DNA of 64,000 nt from a virus: the IMG/VR virus record IMGVR_UViG_3300019360_000001, one strand, 5' to 3'. Of this stretch, positions 57,901 to 64,000 are shown in pieces. The notes below the pieces were generated by a model. The model was given only the letters and a program-made list of their open reading frames with translations. It made no database searches and was not told the origin of the DNA. The translations under genes were made by a program, and so were the position numbers. Positions within the stretch are counted from its first letter, which is position 1. Each line of letters opens with the position of its first letter.

Positions 57901-58834
57901 GATGGTCATTGTGTCCGCAGTTAAAACATTTATATGTCTTACTCCTTGGCAGATTGATTGTTCCACAACGACTACATTCCTTACTGGTATTTTTTGGTGA
58001 AACGTAGTGAATGGATACACCACACAAGCCAGCCTTGTAAGTTATGAAAGATTGAAGTTGTCCATAGGACCATTGGTCTCTTTGTATTTTACGGTCAATC
58101 TTACTTCCTTTTAATTTAAGTTCTTCCACAACAATGGCTGATGAATGTTTTTGGGCATAATCAACAATTTGCCTTGACACTTTGTGATTAACATCTTTTG
58201 TTCTATTTAACTGTTTCTTTGACAATTTCTTTAGTAGTCGTTTCTTTCCCTTTCTGGCAATCTTTGCCTTTCTATTTCTGAAATTCTGCTTAATATCTTT
58301 GATTGATGGTCCAAGCCGTAGAACTTGACCATTTTGAGGATTAGCAAGTGTTGCCACATTGCCTTTGTAGTTTCGGTCAATACCTATTATATTTTGAGTT
58401 TCTGTTTCTGATTGGCAAGGTGTATCATATTGATATGTGAGATACCATTTCTTTTTTCTACGGAAGATTTCTATGTTTCTGATATGTCCAGATATTGGCT
58501 TTGGGAACCTTACAGATAACACTTGTTTCTTAAACAAAGCAGGAACACGAATACCAAAGGGATTACCATCTTTGTCGTGTTCCAACTTGACCTGCTTACC
58601 CTTATCTCCACACACTGGGATTACTGGTTTAGATACTCGCTTACACTTTTTGTTTCTTTGATACTTGGTAATCAGCGATTTGGCAACAACACAAGGAACA
58701 TCCTTGTAATATTTAGAGGATGACTTTTCTCGGTTCTTTAGCATTAACTCTATGGTAGATTTAACTTTAGAGTTCAACTCTTCCAGGAAAGGATATAGAT
58801 TATGCGGAAGCAAGACCTTGAAAGAAAGGACCAT
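57809..58834 (-). CDS. tnpB: RNA-guided nuclease TnpB (about 341 aa)
   Basis: RuvC-I IGIDRN, RuvC-II VVEEL, zinc finger TSKECSRC..CFNC, RuvC-III DHRDANAAFNI; ATG at 58834 chosen as the likely start. Confidence 0.9.
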   Translation of the reverse strand: MVLSFKVLLPHNLYPFLEELNSKVKSTIELMLKNREKSSSKYYKDVPCVVAKSLITKYQRNKKCKRVSKPVIPVCGDKGKQVKLEHDKDGNPFGIRVPALFKKQVLSVRFPKPISGHIRNIEIFRRKKKWYLTYQYDTPCQSETETQNIIGIDRNYKGNVATLANPQNGQVLRLGPSIKDIKQNFRNRKAKIARKGKKRLLKKLSKKQLNRTKDVNHKVSRQIVDYAQKHSSAIVVEELKLKGSKIDRKIQRDQWSYGQLQSFITYKAGLCGVSIHYVSPKNTSKECSRCGTINLPRSKTYKCFNCGHNDHRDANAAFNIAKRYGQTSSNQKLKVGLNGNP

Positions 58835-59077
58835 TGTGTTTTTTCGCTTACCTTCCATTGCGTTTTTGTTACCAAGTTTAGATACCAAGTTCTAACTCCT
58901 AAAATACTTAAGGTGCTAAAGAATCAGTTTAATGTTATTGCTAAAGCACTCAATGTTGAGGGCCTTGAGTTTGGTGGAGAAGCAGACCACATACACTTTA
59001 TTCTAAAAACTACTCCACAGGACAATCTTGGACAACTCCTTCAGTGGTTTAAATGCTTGAGTTTTTTCATACTATGA
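58802..59077 (+). pseudogene. tnpA: Truncated IS200 Y1 transposase
   Basis: HCVFSLTFHCVFVTKFR and the HUH motif DHIH; homology stops at LLQWFK; the C-terminal catalytic Tyr helix is absent. Confidence 0.82.
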
Positions 59078-59273
59078 CTCCTTCCATGAATCTATTAAAG
59101 AACAACATTTTATCTTTTTCTGGTTGTTTCTCTAATAATATAACAACTAATCGTAACATGCATGGACTACATATATCGTATTTTTGTATTGGTCCATTTT
59201 TTAAAAATCCAATTTCTATTGACAAGGCATTTTCATGGTTACATCTATCACAAATTAATCCGCTTGAACTCAT
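59067..59273 (-). CDS. Small zinc-finger protein
   Basis: ICDRC...DICSPC; ATGA coupling to the upstream gene. Confidence 0.6.
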   Translation of the reverse strand: MSSSGLICDRCNHENALSIEIGFLKNGPIQKYDICSPCMLRLVVILLEKQPEKDKMLFFNRFMEGVIV

Positions 59274-59836
59274 GATATTATGCTTAAAACCTTTGCAACT
59301 CTTTCTTCGTCTGTGCCACTTATTCTATGATAATGCATTTTATGCAATTCTAAAAAGGACACTATTTGAGAATCAACATTTTTTGCTTCTTCTTCAGATT
59401 GCTTTCTAGTTCCATCTTTTAAATATGGCTTTTCTCTACTAACAAAGAAAATATAATTATAGTGACTAGTATACTTTGCCAAAAATTCATTATATAAATG
59501 TAAATAAACTGTTCTATCTTGGTATAATGTTGGCGTAATTAAATTAAATGTAAATATTAATGGCAAAAATAAAGGGGAGTCTGAAATTGAAAAACGAACA
59601 TTTTCAGGAACTGCCATTTCTCTCTCGACTTGCTTGGCGAATATTAATTGCTGGTCGGATAATTCCGGTGAAAATTGCCCATGAAAATTACATTCGTCTA
59701 TATATAGCCTAGCATATTCTTCTATGTGCTTTGTATTTATTCCCTTTTCATTATATAATTTAGTAGTTAGCTGTCTAGCCAAAGAAGTTTTCCCGGATCC
59801 AGGGCCTCCTGATATTGCGATCCTAATAGTACTCAT
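59270..59836 (-). CDS. NadR/Ttd14-like P-loop kinase/ATPase
   Basis: IAISGGPGSGKTSLA, EYAR, Q..RE, ISDSP, DGTR. Confidence 0.8.
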   Translation of the reverse strand: MSTIRIAISGGPGSGKTSLARQLTTKLYNEKGINTKHIEEYARLYIDECNFHGQFSPELSDQQLIFAKQVEREMAVPENVRFSISDSPLFLPLIFTFNLITPTLYQDRTVYLHLYNEFLAKYTSHYNYIFFVSREKPYLKDGTRKQSEEEAKNVDSQIVSFLELHKMHYHRISGTDEERVAKVLSIIS

Positions 59837-60957
59837 AACACCCTAATTCCTTTTACTACTCCAAATCTAGGAATTCCATATTCATTGTATTCTTGAAATT
59901 TTACAGTAACCATTTTGCCTTTATAATTATCGAAGTTTTCTGCTATATATTTAAGTGTTTCAAATGGTCCATCAGGTTTTGCCTCAAATGTTTTAATTTC
60001 GCCTTTAATATTTATTTCTAATACTAAATTTGCACAAAGCCCATTAAGTTTTGACCCTGGCTTTCCAAGATTAAAACCTACAACTTTAAACTCACTATCT
60101 ATAAATTTCTTGAACTTAAGTAGATTAGTGGATCTTTTTTGTTCATAAGGTGAATCATTATCAACCCTTATGATGACACCTTCGTATTTATTTTTTGTAA
60201 ACTTATCGTGATACATCTCTATGTTTTCGTTAGAAAAAGTCTCTGAATAAGTTTCTACTATTTTTAGTAATTTGCTATTTTTTATTTTTGACTTCAAATG
60301 AGAGTATCTATCTCTAAATGGAGAGATTGATATCATGTCAAATATATTATATAGTATTTTTTCATATCCTTCTGGCAGTTCTTTTTCTTGTCTAACTATG
60401 TGTGTTATATCATTGAAACTAGTTTCATGCGAATAAAGTTCTCCATCCCATATCTCGCCATTTTCCATGATTTTATTTAATTCTTCAGCTATATTTGGCA
60501 AAGATGTTATCGGTTTTCCGCCACGGGACCATAGCTTAACATTATTGTTAGATTTTCTTGCTATACATCTTAGACCATCTAGTTTTGGAGAATAAAATAC
60601 CTTTGTTTCTCCTTGTTTTAAAAGATGTTCTTTATCTTTTAAATTATGAGCAAGCATTGGTTTTATTTTGGAATTTTTAAAGTTATCTATGTCTATTAAA
60701 TTTTCGACATAATTTTTGTCTAGTTTTTTATTCCACATAGACTGTGCTTGTTTTTTTGCTTGTTCCAAGGCAGTCGTCTCATTGGACTTTCCTATATTTT
60801 TGCCCAAAGAAATATGTTCTTGTGTACGTTGTATTTTGCCGTCCACAACCCCATATTCTATATTTATAATGGCATTATCTTCGTTTCCAGATACCCATAT
60901 ATTCCAACACTGGATACTGCCACTGCTATTTCTCTTGTATAATGTTTTTAGGCTCAT
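59833..60957 (-). CDS. ATP-dependent DNA ligase
   Basis: PMLA, KLDGLRC, SRGGK, DGELY, IFD, EGVIIR, KRSTNLLKFK, IPRF. Confidence 0.92.
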   Translation of the reverse strand: MSLKTLYKRNSSGSIQCWNIWVSGNEDNAIINIEYGVVDGKIQRTQEHISLGKNIGKSNETTALEQAKKQAQSMWNKKLDKNYVENLIDIDNFKNSKIKPMLAHNLKDKEHLLKQGETKVFYSPKLDGLRCIARKSNNNVKLWSRGGKPITSLPNIAEELNKIMENGEIWDGELYSHETSFNDITHIVRQEKELPEGYEKILYNIFDMISISPFRDRYSHLKSKIKNSKLLKIVETYSETFSNENIEMYHDKFTKNKYEGVIIRVDNDSPYEQKRSTNLLKFKKFIDSEFKVVGFNLGKPGSKLNGLCANLVLEINIKGEIKTFEAKPDGPFETLKYIAENFDNYKGKMVTVKFQEYNEYGIPRFGVVKGIRVL

Positions 60958-62828
60958 TTTTTTAGTGGATGTTTAATTGGCGTATAAGCAATAATATCGT
61001 TATTAACTTTTATTCTGCTAGATATATCTTTTGTGGTATTGTGCGTTTCTTCTTTTTTCCCATGAAATGTCTGATCCCAGAATTCACCATTATTTTCCTT
61101 TCTGTCTAAACTGTGCCAAGAATAATGATAAACTATTGGGGAAGTTTTTTGCAACTTCTGTAACTCAGATATATATATTGCTGCATACTTATCAAAATTA
61201 TTTTCTTGCTTTATTGCATAATGTACTTCGGCAAAACTTTTTGGAAATATGGCTCTATGAGGAACAATTTTAAGTGAGTCAAAATAAACGAATTCACATC
61301 CATCTGAGTGTTTTTTGGACATCGATATACACATTTTGTCCGTGTCGAAAATTCTTGCTTCTGCATGAACTCCGTGAATCATATTGGGATTATTTTTGGA
61401 AATACGCCATTTATATGGATTATCTTCTATCCTAGTGTGTTCATCGTCGCCGTAAAAATTAATAACTGGAAAGTCCATTAATTCAACATTTTTATTTTTC
61501 TTTATTATGTCTCTAATAGCTCCTGTGTATGGTTCTTTTATAATCTCATCTGCATCTAATTGTATAAGCCAATTTCCAGTACACTTTTGGCGGGCATAAG
61601 TTTTTTCATCACCAAACAATGTTGGATTATCTAGATCCCAGGAATGTTGGTATAGTTTTAATTTTGCCACTTGATTTACAACATTATTTTTTATAGGATT
61701 ACCAAATGCATCAAAAAATGCACCTAGTGTTTTAGTCTCTAAATTAGATTGAATTTCTCTCTGAATTCTTAAAAGTTCATCTTTTGTTCCATCTGTAGAT
61801 CCACCATCGACTACTACAACTTCATCCGAGACAAGACAAGCGGCTTTAATACATTCTTCAAATGGAAATCCATATTTTATACCGTCTTTAATAATAATAT
61901 ATGAGGAAATTGTTATTTGCTCTTCTGGAACTACATTTTCTTTGCCTATTATTTCTGCAACCTTTTCAGCCACAGTTTCTGGTAGTATATTATTAATACA
62001 TTTATGACCAGTTTTATCTTCTTCTAATGCACACTTATGTAAATGACAAGATGTAACACAACGACCTCGATCTTGTGTTTCTATATAATTTAGGTTTTTA
62101 TAAAATGGACTGATTGCTGCTTGTGGTGTAGTTCCTCCGAACAATATAACGGATGGTGTGCCAAAATGACCAGCAAAATGCATCATTACTGAGTCTGCCC
62201 CAATATGACAAACTGCTCCTTTAATTATTGCTGCACATTCTCTGAAATTTGTTTTGCCACAAAAATCAATTACTTTGTCTGATATTTTAGTTTCGTTAGC
62301 TGCTCCCATTTGAATAACTGGGAGTTTTATTCTTTCGATCACTTCTTTTAAGTAATCATAGTCTTTAACCTGTTGTCCACTCTTGCCTTGTACAGTAACA
62401 TATTTTTCTGGCAAATTAAGCCTTGAAATATCTGGCAACGATATAAAAGGTTCTGATAAAGGAACATTGCACATATTGGCATAAAGTTGACCAAGGAATA
62501 CAGAATATTTACCAGACAACCAATTAGAAGGAACTCTTTGTGTAGTTACTGCTGGAACATAGACTATATCAAATGGATTGTCCATATAAGCCCATTTTCC
62601 ATAAGCTCTATAATCCCACATTGAATCATGCCATTCTAGCAATTTTTTAATATTAGGATTTTCTTCTAAAATGTTCCAAAATCTTTTATCGCAAGCAACG
62701 TAAATTAAAGAATTGGGATATTTCTTTTTAAGCTCAGATATAATTGCCGATGTTATAAATATATCGCCAGCAGATTCTTTTATGCCGACAAGAATCTTTA
62801 TTTTGTCTTCTATGATTTTATTAATCAT
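60954..62828 (-). CDS. Fused GT9 and GT2 glycosyltransferase
   Basis: N-terminus SAGDIFIT..LKKKYP..HIGADSVMMHFA..PSVILFG (GT9); C-terminus VVVVDGGSTDGT..WLIQLDADE (GT2). Confidence 0.85.
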   Translation of the reverse strand: MINKIIEDKIKILVGIKESAGDIFITSAIISELKKKYPNSLIYVACDKRFWNILEENPNIKKLLEWHDSMWDYRAYGKWAYMDNPFDIVYVPAVTTQRVPSNWLSGKYSVFLGQLYANMCNVPLSEPFISLPDISRLNLPEKYVTVQGKSGQQVKDYDYLKEVIERIKLPVIQMGAANETKISDKVIDFCGKTNFRECAAIIKGAVCHIGADSVMMHFAGHFGTPSVILFGGTTPQAAISPFYKNLNYIETQDRGRCVTSCHLHKCALEEDKTGHKCINNILPETVAEKVAEIIGKENVVPEEQITISSYIIIKDGIKYGFPFEECIKAACLVSDEVVVVDGGSTDGTKDELLRIQREIQSNLETKTLGAFFDAFGNPIKNNVVNQVAKLKLYQHSWDLDNPTLFGDEKTYARQKCTGNWLIQLDADEIIKEPYTGAIRDIIKKNKNVELMDFPVINFYGDDEHTRIEDNPYKWRISKNNPNMIHGVHAEARIFDTDKMCISMSKKHSDGCEFVYFDSLKIVPHRAIFPKSFAEVHYAIKQENNFDKYAAIYISELQKLQKTSPIVYHYSWHSLDRKENNGEFWDQTFHGKKEETHNTTKDISSRIKVNNDIIAYTPIKHPLKK

Positions 62829-64000
62829 TCTGTATTTGCTTTCTAATTTTTTCTACAGGATCGGTAAGAGCTAGATCAGGATTTTTTATCAGCATCTTAC
62901 TAAAATTCTCAGAATTAACCATTTGTCTAAAATGTTTTTCTATTTCAGATCTGGCCTTATTTTTGTCAGTAGCATTTTCTATTGCTCCTGTCCAGTGCTT
63001 AAGTCCTTCTGGATCAATACCAGATCGGCCCAATATATTTTTGTAACACCAAACAAGCCATTCTCTGTTGCCTTCTTTGTCAAAAGCAGTTGATGGGGGA
63101 GAATTTTCGTTAATAGTTTTTATTTCTATTGTTCTTTCCCAAGTAGTTTTTCGGTCTTTAATTGGCACACTTAATAAATGATATTCTAGTTTAGTAGCGG
63201 CCAAATCCCAATTATAATATTTTTCCGCACACTTTCTAGCTTCTATGGACATATTAGCTCTTTTATTTTCATCTCTTAACAACATTGCCATTTTTTCTGC
63301 AAGGTCATACCTATCAAACAATGATCTATTTTGCATTGTTTCGCTTTCCAAATAAGTCATCGTTTTTGGGTTTTCTGTAAGATTCTTTATTGGTAATGCT
63401 CCTCCATTTCTGGCTTTTTCATACATTGCAGAATAATCTGATATTAAACAAGGACAGCCAGCCGATTTAGCCTCTGAAATTGGGATTGCATCACCTTCGG
63501 CTATGCTTCCTTGGATATATATGTCCATTAAATTATATATAAAATTAAAGTGTTCTGGTGGATATCCAAATTGAGTATTTGGAGTATGAAATGTATTATT
63601 TCCACACGAAGGACAATTAGTTGGAGAGCCTACAAATGTAGATATTGCTACCATTCCACAAGAATTGCACAAATAAGAAAATACAACATGGTCCATTAGT
63701 CCACATCTTGCTATTGCTTCTGGAAGATCCCATCCGACATCTGGGACCGAAGTGTGAAGTAATAACATTGTGTCTTTTGATTCTAATGGATAATTTTCTT
63801 TAAGAATCTGAAATGACTGTAATATTCTTGGAAATAGTTTTCTTGGTTGATTGCGCATTACGGTGCCAACAAGTTTTATTCCTGGAGGAATGCCGAATGC
63901 TTTTTTTGCCTCTATTTTATCTATTGGCTTAAATATGCTATTGTCAACTCCTGCCTGAATTACATCTGTCACATTTAATGGTTTTATATTCATTTTTCTA
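62821..64000 (-). CDS. GT-B (family 4-like) glycosyltransferase with zinc ribbon and DUF4214-like C-terminus; 5' end probably outside the window
   Basis: GVD..IFKP, RNQPRK, IYNLMDIYI..S..EG..PISEAKSAGCP; CNSC..CPSC; YKNILGR..DPEGLKHW; frame open to the window edge. Confidence 0.82.
   Translation of the reverse strand, partial: RKMNIKPLNVTDVIQAGVDNSIFKPIDKIEAKKAFGIPPGIKLVGTVMRNQPRKLFPRILQSFQILKENYPLESKDTMLLLHTSVPDVGWDLPEAIARCGLMDHVVFSYLCNSCGMVAISTFVGSPTNCPSCGNNTFHTPNTQFGYPPEHFNFIYNLMDIYIQGSIAEGDAIPISEAKSAGCPCLISDYSAMYEKARNGGALPIKNLTENPKTMTYLESETMQNRSLFDRYDLAEKMAMLLRDENKRANMSIEARKCAEKYYNWDLAATKLEYHLLSVPIKDRKTTWERTIEIKTINENSPPSTAFDKEGNREWLVWCYKNILGRSGIDPEGLKHWTGAIENATDKNKARSEIEKHFRQMVNSENFSKMLIKNPDLALTDPVEKIRKQIQND

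Larger units (their letters stand above)
57731..59047 (-). mobile_element. IS200/IS605-family element (intact tnpB, truncated divergent tnpA)
   Basis: Contains tnpB and a tnpA fragment; right-end hairpin at 57743-57765 followed by TCAA (minus strand, 57734-57731). The left boundary is inferred. Confidence 0.75.

Noticed and set aside
1-64000. Stop-codon reassignment
   Set aside because: Standard-code ORFs tile the window densely, and TAA, TAG and TGA all end genes at tight junctions.
1-64000. tRNA or rRNA genes
   Set aside because: None were recognised by eye, and the intergenic gaps are short and otherwise explained; a tRNAscan-SE run would confirm.

Overview
This window is a 64 kb segment of a large, AT-rich tailed-phage (Caudoviricetes) genome, read in the standard genetic code. 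The plus strand (1-53907) starts with the 3' end of an intein-containing class II ribonucleotide reductase, an HNH-MazG fusion, a phage sigma factor and an ERCC4 nuclease. It continues with an intein-containing large terminase and a complete morphogenesis module: portal, prohead protease/scaffold, decoration protein, major capsid protein, neck, tail tube, paralogous tail chaperones, a 1898-aa tape measure protein, and many tail-tip, fibre, beta-helix and LamG proteins. No tail sheath is recognisable. The minus strand (53908-64000) carries a DUF2203-like gene, four glycosyltransferase genes (five GT domains), a SAM methyltransferase, an MT-A70 adenine methylase, an IS200/IS605 element (intact compact TnpB, truncated TnpA), a NadR-like kinase and an ATP-dependent DNA ligase. 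The best candidate for a novel system is virion O-glycosylation: a Ser-Gly motif is strongly enriched in surface-exposed tail, neck and fibre proteins but nearly absent from portal and tape measure, and these genes sit next to the glycosyltransferase cluster. Other highlights are a beta-helix module reused five times, assemblin-like Ala-Ser maturation sites, a candidate late-promoter motif, several decayed homing endonucleases and a reconstructable TnpB empty site. All calls come from manual motif reading; no database searches were run.
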